The translations under genes were made by a program, and so were the position numbers. From Candidatus Bathyarchaeota archaeon (lineage in GTDB: Archaea; Thermoproteota; Bathyarchaeia; Bathyarchaeales; Bathycorpusculaceae), in contig CAVVRN010000018.1 in assembly GCA_963750605.1 (NCBI GenBank), forward strand, positions 49,680 to 113,679: a stretch of DNA of 64,000 nt, written 5' to 3'. The notes beneath the pieces were generated by a model, which had not been told where the DNA came from, searched no databases, and saw only the letters and a program-made list of their open reading frames with translations. Shown in pieces: positions 43,695-53,078 of the stretch. Numbering within the stretch: position 1 is the first letter of the stretch; each line of letters begins with the position of its first letter.

Positions 43695-44636
43695 ATGAGA
43701 ATCAAAATGAAAGCTCGCCGGCTAATCGTTTGCTACGCCATTTTGGTAATGCTGCTAATGCTTCTACCTCTCTACAAAGTAAATGGCCAGAACTATGTTG
43801 AATATTCAGTGCAAATAAACGGTGACGGTTCAGCATTATGGAAAATAACTAATTTTTCCGACATTAATGCCTCAGTAGACACATTTCATGGTTTTCAAAA
43901 TAAGGTTTTCAACCTTGTCGATTCTGATTCAAATATAACCCATCGTGATATGACTGTTGACGGAACTTCCCTTCAAATTAACACGACAATATCATCTGAA
44001 TCTAAAATCACTGAGTACTCTTTTCTGTGGCTGAACTTCAGCATAATTCATGGTAACGAAATAATTTTCGGCGATGTTTTCCAGGTTAACAATTTTTTTA
44101 GCCAACTTTATGGAGATGCTGCCCTGCAAATAAGTTATCCTTCAACATTTAGTATTAAATCGGTTACTCCTACACCTTACACGCAAGATGATTCTGCTAA
44201 AACGTTAGATTGGGCTAGAACTCAAGACTTAGTTGACGGCAAAACAAACATTGTCTTAACAAGTGCTACTTCGAATCAGAATAGTATCCAAAATTCGTTG
44301 CAACAGTACACCGTTATTGTCGCAATTGTAGCAGCTGTAGCGGCCTTATCTTTAGTCGGTTTCTATGTGGTGAAGAGGCGTAAAACCTCAAAATCAACGG
44401 AAAGGATACTTCCTGAAAAATTGGCAGCAGAGGAAACAGAGGAAGGCAAGATCTTAAAACTCCTTAAGTCTTCAGGCGGTACCATGCGCCAGTCAGCTAT
44501 TGTTGAGCAATCCAAATTTTCTAAGGCTAAGACAAGTCAACTCTTAGCTGTTTTAGAAAATAAAGGCAATATAACAAGATATAAGAAGGGGAGAGATAAA
44601 ATAGTGAACCTTACCGAACGGGTTAAAAGTGAATAA
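43695..44636 (+). CDS. Membrane-tethered transcription regulator: extracellular domain, TM, C-terminal wHTH
   Basis: Signal peptide, TM followed by KRRK, E.KIL.LL..SGG.M.QS.IV....FSKAKTSQLL..LE.KG.I.R.KKGR. Confidence 0.85.
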   Translation: MRIKMKARRLIVCYAILVMLLMLLPLYKVNGQNYVEYSVQINGDGSALWKITNFSDINASVDTFHGFQNKVFNLVDSDSNITHRDMTVDGTSLQINTTISSESKITEYSFLWLNFSIIHGNEIIFGDVFQVNNFFSQLYGDAALQISYPSTFSIKSVTPTPYTQDDSAKTLDWARTQDLVDGKTNIVLTSATSNQNSIQNSLQQYTVIVAIVAAVAALSLVGFYVVKRRKTSKSTERILPEKLAAEETEEGKILKLLKSSGGTMRQSAIVEQSKFSKAKTSQLLAVLENKGNITRYKKGRDKIVNLTERVKSE

Positions 44637-45399
44637 AATGACGAGCCCGATTAAATTGAATTCCAAAAAGACTATGGCACTTTTAATTTGTGCAGTACTT
44701 TCATTTTGTTTCATCTATGCCGTTTCAGCACAGTCAAGCAGCACGGTACTGAACGCAGCGGCATCTACGACCCAGCCCCGTGTCGGTAGCACTTTAACGA
44801 TTACTCTTACAATTTCTAACGTTCAAAATCTCGCAGGTATAGATTCAACTCTGACATGGAACTCTTCGGTTCTTACTCTCTCAAACGTAGTTCTCAATCT
44901 GGGAGATTCCCATTCTAACGGTGTCCTTCATGGAAGTAATTTAAATTACGATTCCAATAATCTTAGCTCAGGCGACATATATGTTCAAGAAACTAAAGTG
45001 TCAGGTAGCTACGAGCTTGTGGCACAATCTATTGGCCAATCAACTCCTGGTTTCACAGGAACCGGAACAATCGCAACCTTAACATTTAACGTTATAAACG
45101 TCGGGCCAGCAGGATTAAGTTTACAAACAGACCTTGCAGATCATCCTCCAGCTGGACAAATTGCGAATAATATAGATCATCAAGATACAGCTGACGCGGT
45201 AACCGCAGTAACCTCAGGGTCTTCATCAAACACTCCAACTCCAAGTCCAACTTCAACTCCTACCTCGACCCCAAGTGTTCCCGAATTTCCAAGCACAATC
45301 CTAATAGTTTTACTTATCACCTTAGCCGCAACAGGAATAATTCTTACAACAAAAAGCCTAAACAACAGAATAATCTCTAAGAATACTACATTAAAATGA
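44629..45399 (+). CDS. Cohesin-domain surface protein with PEF-CTERM sorting signal
   Basis: VG...T.T.TISNVQNLAG....LTWN..VL, FTGTGTIATLTF, TP linker, VPEFP followed by a TM helix. Confidence 0.82.
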   Translation: MNKMTSPIKLNSKKTMALLICAVLSFCFIYAVSAQSSSTVLNAAASTTQPRVGSTLTITLTISNVQNLAGIDSTLTWNSSVLTLSNVVLNLGDSHSNGVLHGSNLNYDSNNLSSGDIYVQETKVSGSYELVAQSIGQSTPGFTGTGTIATLTFNVINVGPAGLSLQTDLADHPPAGQIANNIDHQDTADAVTAVTSGSSSNTPTPSPTSTPTSTPSVPEFPSTILIVLLITLAATGIILTTKSLNNRIISKNTTLK

Positions 45400-45555
45400 A
45401 CTAGCCGTTACTTCTCCAAATTGTTATTGAAAAAAGCTTCAACCGAGTTTCGCTAATTTGTAAAAGGGTTAAAACCTGAAATTGCTGAAGCGAAACACTT
45501 AAGTGCAAAGAATAGTAGTTTTGTTTTAGAATTAAAAACTAGGATGTAGAACCAA

Positions 45556-46149
45556 TTGGCTGTTGAAGGTTTTTTCGAAAACAAAAAGACACCAGTAGAA
45601 GCAAAAGTCGGAGACTTAACCCCACAATCAAAAGCGGTTAACGTTACGGCCAAAGTAGTATCCAAAACAGAAATCCGTGAAATTCCAATGGGGAGAGACG
45701 GATCAGCACACAAAGTAAGCGACGCACTCGTCGGCGACGAAACAGGTGTAGTATACCTGACCCTATGGGATGACAACATTGAAAAAGTCAACGAAGGCGA
45801 CACAATCCGCGTAGAAAATGGCTATGTAACACTCTTCAAAGGCAACATACGCTTAAACATCGGCAAATACGGCAAACTTGAACCAGCAAAAGAGCCACTT
45901 ACAGTAGAAGTAAACACAGAAAACAACGTTTCAAGCAAAACATACGAGCAAGAAAGAAGACCATTTAGAGGCGGCAGAGGCGGTGGACGAGGATTCGGTG
46001 GTGGCGGCGGCGGATACGGCGGCGGTAGAGATCGACGCGGTGGCGGCGGTTACGGTGGTGGCGGCAGCGGCGGCGGTTACGGCGGAGGACGCGATAGAGG
46101 CGATCGACGCGGTGGCGGCAGCGGCGGCGGTTACAGACCAAGATACTAA
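45556..46149 (+). CDS. ssb: Single-OB-fold SSB with Gly/Arg-rich tail
   Basis: VNVTAKV, ALVGDETG...LTLW, NGYV..F.G..RLNIGKYG. Confidence 0.9.
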   Translation: MAVEGFFENKKTPVEAKVGDLTPQSKAVNVTAKVVSKTEIREIPMGRDGSAHKVSDALVGDETGVVYLTLWDDNIEKVNEGDTIRVENGYVTLFKGNIRLNIGKYGKLEPAKEPLTVEVNTENNVSSKTYEQERRPFRGGRGGGRGFGGGGGGYGGGRDRRGGGGYGGGGSGGGYGGGRDRGDRRGGGSGGGYRPRY

Positions 46150-46276
46150 GCTTCCAATGTGTTAAGTTTAGAAATTTTTTCCTTTTTTATTATTTTTTCG
46201 TTTTAGTTATTTATATTTCTTGGAAATGCTTAAAACTACCACTTAGTATTTAGCGGTTGAACAGGAGACTGAAGTT

Positions 46277-47653
46277 TTGGTTTCAACAGAAAAAGCGAAG
46301 CCAACTGTAGATGAGCTACTTGCCAAAGCCAGAAAGCCAGCGCAGTTATCGCCTCCAATGCATAAGTTTTATGAAGGAAAAATGCAAGTTATCCCAAAAT
46401 GTGCAATCCGAAGCGTTGACGATTTTGCTATTTGGTACACTCCAGGGGTGGCTGCACCATGCAGGATGATTCAAGCTGATCCAGACAAGTCGTTTGAGCT
46501 TACAAACCGCTGGAATTATGTGGCGGTAGTTACTGATGGGACTCGTGTGTTGGGTTTAGGCGATATTGGTCCTGAAGCAGCTTTGCCTGTTATGGAGGGC
46601 AAAGCGCTGATTTTCAAGTATTTAGGCGGTGTTGACGCATTTCCGATTTGCTTAAGAACAAAGGACCCAAACGAAATAGTGCAGAATTTGTAAGGCTCTT
46701 GAGCCGACTTTCGGCGGCATTAACCTTGAGGACATTGAAAAACCGAAGTGCTTTCATGTTCTTGAAAATGCTCGTGAGCAAATGAACATTCCTGTTTGGC
46801 ATGATGACCAGCAAGGAACAGCAACAGTAATCTTAGCTGGGTTGATTAACGCTTTCAAAATTGTAGGCAAAAAACCCAGTGAAAGCCTCATTACTCTGAT
46901 TGGTTCAGGAGCAGCTAACATCGGACAGCTTACGTGCTGATGTAGTGGGGAGTTAAGCCAGGTAACATAATATTTGCCGATAGCAAAGGCGTGGTTCATA
47001 AGGGCAGAAAAGACATAAACCAAAATGAAGACCCTTGGAAATACGATGTCACGCAGAAAACTAACGGCGAAGGTAGAACTGGTGGCGTTGCGGAAGCATT
47101 CAAAGGCGTGGATGCAGTAGTTGCAGCTTCAAAACCCGGTCCAGGCACCATTAAGAAAGAATGGGTTAAAACGATGGCACAGGATGCAATAATTTTTGCT
47201 TGCGCTAACCCAATACCTGAAATTTGGCCTTGGGAAGCTGAGGAAGCAGGAGCACGGATAGTAGCTACAGGCAGAAGTGACTTTCCAAACCAAGTGAATA
47301 ATAGTCTTGGCTTTCCCGGTATATTCAGAGGAGTCCTCGATGTAAAAGCAAAAACCATCACAGACGACATGTGCATTGCCGCTGCGCAGGAACTAGCAAA
47401 TTATGCAGAAGAGCGCGGGATAAGCGAGAAAGATATTTTGCCAAGAATGGATGAATGGGAAGTTTTCCCAAGAGAAGCAGTTGCTTGCGCCCTGAAATCA
47501 ATCGAGCAAGGAGTGGCGCGTGTCAAACCTAGTAAGCAAGAATTGTATGAGCGCGCTTCTTCGATTATCCAGAATGCGCGGAAATCAACTGAGTTGTTGA
47601 TGAAGCATGGCTTAATCAAGCAACCTCCAAATGAAAGTGATCTCTTGAAATAG
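46277..47653 (+). CDS. NAD(P)-dependent malic enzyme, several frameshifts
   Basis: [62 protein letters not shown]. Confidence 0.95.
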
Positions 47654-47724
47654 TTTTTCGAAAAACCAGACCTTAAAATATTCTGCAAGGTTACAAATAC
47701 AAAAATAAAAAAATAAAAATTGAG

Positions 47725-47994
47725 TTAAAAGGGTGTCATTTTTACTATATTTCTTTTTTCAAGTCTTCGCAATGCATCCAAACATTCGTCTTTTTTTTCG
47801 CCAGTGATGTTCAGGTTAAGCATTATTTCCTTAACCGAAACTTCTGCTTTTCCAAAGTTTTCATGCCGTTTGTATAGGTTTCTTACAATGGATTTTTCGA
47901 GCTTGCCGCATCTCCACGTTGTATTCCGAATTAAGACGACGATGGTTCGGACAAGCGTTTGTTCATTTGATTTTCTGCCTCTAGAATCGCCCAT
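47725..47994 (-). CDS. Small wHTH-like hypothetical protein
   Basis: DALRRLEKRNIV C-terminal motif; GGAGA SD. Confidence 0.6.
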   Translation of the reverse strand: MGDSRGRKSNEQTLVRTIVVLIRNTTWRCGKLEKSIVRNLYKRHENFGKAEVSVKEIMLNLNITGEKKDECLDALRRLEKRNIVKMTPF

Positions 47995-48088
47995 TTTCTC
48001 TCCACCGTTTTATTACCTCTCATCAGGGTTTTTAAACGTTTGTTCCTCAATGGTTTGAGCGCTTTGTTTTTAAGGGAGATAGTATATG

Positions 48089-48538
48089 TTAAAAGGTTTT
48101 TTTGAGGTACAGTCCGTTTGCTTTGCCATAATATCTTTCTAGCTTGCTTATTTTTTGGTAACCACTATTTTGGTAAAGATGCAAAGCTGCTGAGTTGTCT
48201 TCACGGACTTCTAAATGACATTCGGGTATTCCTTTTTGTTTGAGCAAGGATTCAGTTTCCTTCAACATTTTTCTTCCAATTCCTTTCTTTCGATAACTCG
48301 GTGCAACATTTATTGTAATAATATGCCCGTATAAGTTATCATTTTCAATTTCTACTTGCGCTATAATGAATCCTACAATGTTGCTGTTTGCCTTGGCTAC
48401 CAATGCAATGGTGTTGTAGCCTGTTAGTAAATATGATATTTGTCGTTTTGAGAAGGCTTCTTGATCAAAACATTGTTCTTCAATTTCAAAGAGCTTATCA
48501 AGCAACCTGATGGATGCAGTTTCAATTGTTATTTCCAT
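48089..48538 (-). CDS. rimI: N-terminal acetyltransferase (RimI/Ard1)
   Basis: GHIITINV.P.YRKKGIG, LEVREDN.AA..LY...GY, YY. Confidence 0.9.
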   Translation of the reverse strand: MEITIETASIRLLDKLFEIEEQCFDQEAFSKRQISYLLTGYNTIALVAKANSNIVGFIIAQVEIENDNLYGHIITINVAPSYRKKGIGRKMLKETESLLKQKGIPECHLEVREDNSAALHLYQNSGYQKISKLERYYGKANGLYLKKTF

Positions 48539-48555
48539 TTGTTGTCTTATGAATA

Positions 48556-49635
48556 TTAGGGTGGAAGTGAGATTTTAGTTTTTTCTGTATTGTTAGAAGA
48601 AGATTTTACGGATGTCAGTTCGAGGTATTGTTGGGATGCGAAACCGATAAAGAAGCGGAACCACAAGGTTATAATTCGAACAAGTATTGTGGCAGTTGCG
48701 GCTAAAGGTCCGTAGACGCCCATTGAAATGTAGAGAGTGGTCATTACTGCTTCTGGAAGTCCAACTTCAAACGGTACACCAATTGGAATTGCTTTGACGG
48801 CCAAGAAAATGGCTGAAGTGACAATAATAATACTCAAGGAAACTGGGTGTCCTAAAGATAAGAACACAAGATATGGTATACTTAAGCTGAAAAACCATGA
48901 AATAACTAAGTAGAACAATGAGCCAGCAATAGCTTTTGGGTTATGTCTGAACTCAATCATCGATTCGTGAAAATGACCCGTGATTTCGACGGCTTCTCCT
49001 TGTAAATTTAGGAGTTTCCATTTTCCTCTTGTGATTTTATGAATTAGATTGGTTAAGAAATTGATTACTTTAAGGGTCCATTGTTGCTTGAACGATAAAA
49101 CAAGCATTAATGCGATTATCCCGACTATTGCTGCAGCGACTATAATAATTGCGTTGAAGACTAATGGGTTAACTTTGCCTCCAAAAGTAAGTAGTACTAT
49201 TCCTATGATTAAGGCAACAACATTTAGCACCATACCTAAAAGTCGGTGCGCGAAGAGTGAAGCAACTATTTTTCCGAACGGACCGCATTTGTCTCTGGTG
49301 CATAAGTACGTTCGAGTTACTTCTCCGCTTATTGATTGGGCCGGAACGATCGCATCAACGTATAAGCCGTACCAAACGTAAAGGTAAGCACGGACAATAG
49401 AGATTTTAATTTTAAGGTAATTGGTTAGTACGTGCCACGAAACTGTGAAGAAAAAGACTTCAAGCAAACCGAAAACTATGGCTATTACGTAAGTAAGTGG
49501 GTCAGCGGTTCGCGCCGTGGCTATAATGCCTAAAATGTCAACGTGGAACAAGTAGATGTATATGAAAAATCCCAGTAAACCTAGCAATGGGAATACTGCT
49601 GTCTTCCAACTAAGTTTTGGTTTAGGGGATTCCAT
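48556..49635 (-). CDS. UPF0104 flippase-like membrane protein
   Basis: VPAQSISGEV.R, P.EVGLPE, VRIITLWF. Confidence 0.88.
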   Translation of the reverse strand: MESPKPKLSWKTAVFPLLGLLGFFIYIYLFHVDILGIIATARTADPLTYVIAIVFGLLEVFFFTVSWHVLTNYLKIKISIVRAYLYVWYGLYVDAIVPAQSISGEVTRTYLCTRDKCGPFGKIVASLFAHRLLGMVLNVVALIIGIVLLTFGGKVNPLVFNAIIIVAAAIVGIIALMLVLSFKQQWTLKVINFLTNLIHKITRGKWKLLNLQGEAVEITGHFHESMIEFRHNPKAIAGSLFYLVISWFFSLSIPYLVFLSLGHPVSLSIIIVTSAIFLAVKAIPIGVPFEVGLPEAVMTTLYISMGVYGPLAATATILVRIITLWFRFFIGFASQQYLELTSVKSSSNNTEKTKISLPP

Positions 49636-49682
49636 TTGAGCTTCTTACACCAGTTGTGAAAGGTGAGGTATGTTTAACCGAT

Positions 49683-49702
49683 TATATACTTTACCCAAAT
49701 CC
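49683..49702 (+). repeat. 20-bp direct repeat, copy 1 (TATATACTTTACCCAAATCC)
   Basis: 19/20 identical to 52893-52912. Confidence 0.7.
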
Positions 49703-50109
49703 CCCGACAGCAATATGGAATAATGAGGTGCTGATAGCAATAACTTTGAATATTCAATTGGTGGAAGCGGCGTCTTGGCAAGAAAACTGCAACTTACCAG
49801 ATTGATTTTATTTGAATAATGGAAAAAGGAAGTTATTTATCCCAACAGCATCATTCTCTTATAGGGTTAAATTACGCCAATATTTGAGTGCACAAAGTGC
49901 GGTCGCAAAATAAAAAGCGATTATGAAATTTGCTGTACCCATTCCTCGATATGCAAAGGAGAAAAGCCTCCAGACTGTTGCGGTCAACCCATGATTGAAT
50001 CGCTTGATGACTAGCAAACTCGAAAGACAAATAAAACTGAGTTTGAAGAATAATTGACTGTTCCAAAAGAAGTGTCACACAAAGGATAAAATTGACACAG
50101 GAAAGCTAA

Positions 50110-50380
50110 TCTTCAATTTTGAAGTTCGCAAACTCGCTAACTTCTCCCTCATCTTTTTTGTTTACATTGTTGCATTTTCAAAGTATCCTTTCTTATTAAT
50201 TGCTAAAATTCCTTAGGCTGCTGTTTAGATAAGTCATAACCGATTTCTTGAATCACTTTGATGGTGAAGAATACATAGGTTGAGGGTCCAATCCAGCATT
50301 GTAAACGTCAAAATATTCTCCACCATACTTTCTAAGAAAAGCTCAGCCTTTGACTTCTTGCTAATTTTGTGTAGACAATC
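50110..50380 (-). pseudogene. arsC: Decayed arsenate reductase (ArsC/LMW-PTP family)
   Basis: Pieced across frames: TQN.ARSQ.AE.AFLRKYGGEYFDVY.AGLDPQP...FTIKVIQEIGYDLSKQQPK. Confidence 0.7.
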
Positions 50381-50759
50381 TGAGATGGACAAAGCGATCA
50401 AAAGCGAGCAATAACTCCTCTTTTTTGGTTAACAATAGATAGACTTCATAGACTATATCGAGTCGGTTTATCTCCAACTTTTACTGTTCTGAGCTTGCAA
50501 AGTAAGTCCCTTTTGGGTCAAGAACAGGAATATTCGCCCATAATTCACCCAACACCCGTCAATAACCAATTGATTCATAATCTGGAGATGATAAAATGTC
50601 AAAACACAATACTCTAAAACCCCGTTCAGTTTGCGATACAGAAAGAGACCGCAGACAGAACAAAGATCCATTAGATGAAGAAAACCTCAATTAGCTTCAT
50701 TTCTTTGGGAAAGAGTTAATTGCACATATATACAACTGGGGGTCGGGAGAAGTGATGCA

Positions 50760-50984
50760 TTGGTGGTTTCAAGTAGGCTCTTTGTTTGCCCAAAATGCGG
50801 TAACGAGAGTTTGTCTATTATCAGGAAAACCTATGAGCAAACAATAATTGTCTTTTGCGGTAATTGTCACCTTAATTCTTCATTTGAACCTTCAATTGAA
50901 GCCTATTTTGATGCAAACAAGTCTTGGGATGAGTTCACAGCAAGCTATAGAATGATTCAGACTAACCGACATTTAAAACCCTAA
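50760..50984 (+). CDS. Elf1-like zinc-ribbon protein
   Basis: LFVCPKCG....V.CGNC.L...F....D...WDEF. Confidence 0.6.
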   Translation: MVVSSRLFVCPKCGNESLSIIRKTYEQTIIVFCGNCHLNSSFEPSIEAYFDANKSWDEFTASYRMIQTNRHLKP

Positions 50985-51064
50985 GCACGCATTCCACATA
51001 AAAAACATTAGTTCACACTCAATTGACATAAACAATTAATATCTTTTCATTCTATACACAAATC

Positions 51065-51478
51065 ATGAAAGTCGCAGTTTTTTATTTCTCAAGAACTGGA
51101 AATACAAAACGTTTTGCGGAAGCAATATCTGAATCATTGAAAATTCCGCTCTTTAACATCACGTCAACTGACCGCGATTCTCAAATAGACTACGATTTAC
51201 TAATCATTGGGACGCCAGTAAATGGTTTTAGAGCATGCCCAGAAGTGTTATCATTCGTACAAAAAATGCCTGAAAGGTTTAACAAAAAGATAATTCTTTT
51301 CTGCACGTATGCAGTAGCCAAAGGAAGCACACTCAAAAACCTCGAAAAAGAACTTACAAAAAAAGGGTGTATGGTTCTCTTAGCCGTTTCTAAAAAAGGA
51401 GTTAGACCCAACAAAAACGACTTCGAGGACGCAATAAAAGAAATTTCTTTGTGCGTTACACAACTCAAACAATCGTAA
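51065..51478 (+). CDS. Flavodoxin
   Basis: YFSRTGNTKRFAE, IGTPV, LFCTY. Confidence 0.88.
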   Translation: MKVAVFYFSRTGNTKRFAEAISESLKIPLFNITSTDRDSQIDYDLLIIGTPVNGFRACPEVLSFVQKMPERFNKKIILFCTYAVAKGSTLKNLEKELTKKGCMVLLAVSKKGVRPNKNDFEDAIKEISLCVTQLKQS

Positions 51479-51620
51479 CGATAATCGTGGATTGTCAAAA
51501 TCGTGCTAACATTATTCCTCGCCATGATTTTTCTGAATTTACAGAAAAAATAATTCTTTTTTCATTTCAACTATGTAGACTAAATTGTATAACTATAATA
51601 GTTTGTAAGAGAGTTCAGCA

Positions 51621-52730
51621 TTGACAACAATGACCAAATCTGACCAAACAGGCGAGAATTTAAACCTAAATATTAACAAAATAGTTAATGATGCCTTACG
51701 AGTTTTCTTCAAAGATGCCGTTAGAATCGCCCTCACGAGTCCTTCGCAGTCGGTTTTCTTTTTGCGAACACTCAGATGGCAAAATAAAGCTGCTAAAACA
51801 AGGCAGAAGCTGGAGCTTCAAGGACTGCATGTTCCACCCATCTTAGTAATAAGCGTCACTAGCAAATGTAATCTTCATTGTGCGGGCTGCTATCATCAAG
51901 CATTAAGAAGCAAGCCTGATTCTGAAATGAGTGATGAGCGTATCGTGCGGCTTGTGGATGAGGCAAAAGAACTTGGGATATCTTTTATTGTGCTTGCTGG
52001 TGGAGAACCTCTAATGCGCGCCAACATATTAGACATTTCTAAGCAAACTCCCGAGATAATGTTTTTGATGTTTACAAACGGGCTATTGCTGAATGAGCAA
52101 ATACTTGAACGAATGGCTTCGAACAAAAACATTGTTCCACTTCTCAGCCTAGAAGGTTACCAGATTGACACTGATGGCAGACGAGGCACAGGAGTCTATA
52201 ATCAACTGCTTAAATCAATTGACAAGCTAAAAAACAAGGGTCTTTTTTGGGGAACAACCTTAACCATGACAAAAACCAACTTTGCAGAAGTCACTGATGA
52301 AACCTTCATCAAGAAACTGGTGGATTCTGGATGCAAATTTTTCATGATGGTCGAGTACACTCCTGTAATCGCAGGAACGGAAGATTGGGTTCTTTCGGAA
52401 GAGCAGAAATCGAAAGTGATAGCTATCCGAAATGGTTTCCGCAAAAAATTCCCTGCAATGTTTATAGCTTTGCCGTGGGATGAAGAGGAAATAGGTGGTT
52501 GCCTTTCAGCTGGACGCGGATTCATACATGTTAGCTCTGAAGGAAACGTTGAACCGTGCCCATTCATCGCTTATTCTGATACCAACTTAAAAAATCTGTC
52601 ACTCAAAGAGGCACTTCAATCGAAAATGCTGAAAACAATCCGAGAAAATCATGCAGAACTTAAAGAAATCCACGGTTGTGCTCTCTGGGAAAAACGAGAA
52701 TGGGTTAAATCCCTCGCAAATAACAGTTAA
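51621..52730 (+). CDS. Radical SAM protein with twitch/SPASM domain
   Basis: CNLHCAGC, GGEPL, FTNG, SLEG, CLSAGRGF.H....G.VEPCPF. Confidence 0.92.
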   Translation: MTTMTKSDQTGENLNLNINKIVNDALRVFFKDAVRIALTSPSQSVFFLRTLRWQNKAAKTRQKLELQGLHVPPILVISVTSKCNLHCAGCYHQALRSKPDSEMSDERIVRLVDEAKELGISFIVLAGGEPLMRANILDISKQTPEIMFLMFTNGLLLNEQILERMASNKNIVPLLSLEGYQIDTDGRRGTGVYNQLLKSIDKLKNKGLFWGTTLTMTKTNFAEVTDETFIKKLVDSGCKFFMMVEYTPVIAGTEDWVLSEEQKSKVIAIRNGFRKKFPAMFIALPWDEEEIGGCLSAGRGFIHVSSEGNVEPCPFIAYSDTNLKNLSLKEALQSKMLKTIRENHAELKEIHGCALWEKREWVKSLANNS

Positions 52731-52892
52731 TTAAATTCAAGACAAGGTTTCAGAAAAGTGCACCCCTTCAGAATACAAAAAGTCCCCTCAGGTTTAGACA
52801 AATCGATTAAATGTTATCACAACCCCTTACTTCTTTGCAGAACTAAATGACCTACAAACTGAAAAGTAAAGTAGCGGTCGGTGGACAAACAG

Positions 52893-52912
52893 TATATATT
52901 TTACCCAAATCC
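52893..52912 (+). repeat. 20-bp direct repeat, copy 2 (TATATATTTTACCCAAATCC)
   Basis: 19/20 identical to 49683-49702. Confidence 0.7.
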
Positions 52913-53078
52913 AAGCTGATTTTTTTAAAGCGAAAAGCAATTTGCTCTTGCCCACATCACAAAATATGAATTAAAACCTCGAGGTATAATTGTGTATTTT
53001 TCGCTTGAATAAGCATAATTATTAGTTAGTAACCTTTTAATCGGCTCGCGGTACTTAGCACCTGAAAGGTAAGCAGAA

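Noticed and set aside
49672-49702. Xer/dif site
   Set aside because: Arms around the TATA-like spacer show too little inverted symmetry; kept only as a direct repeat
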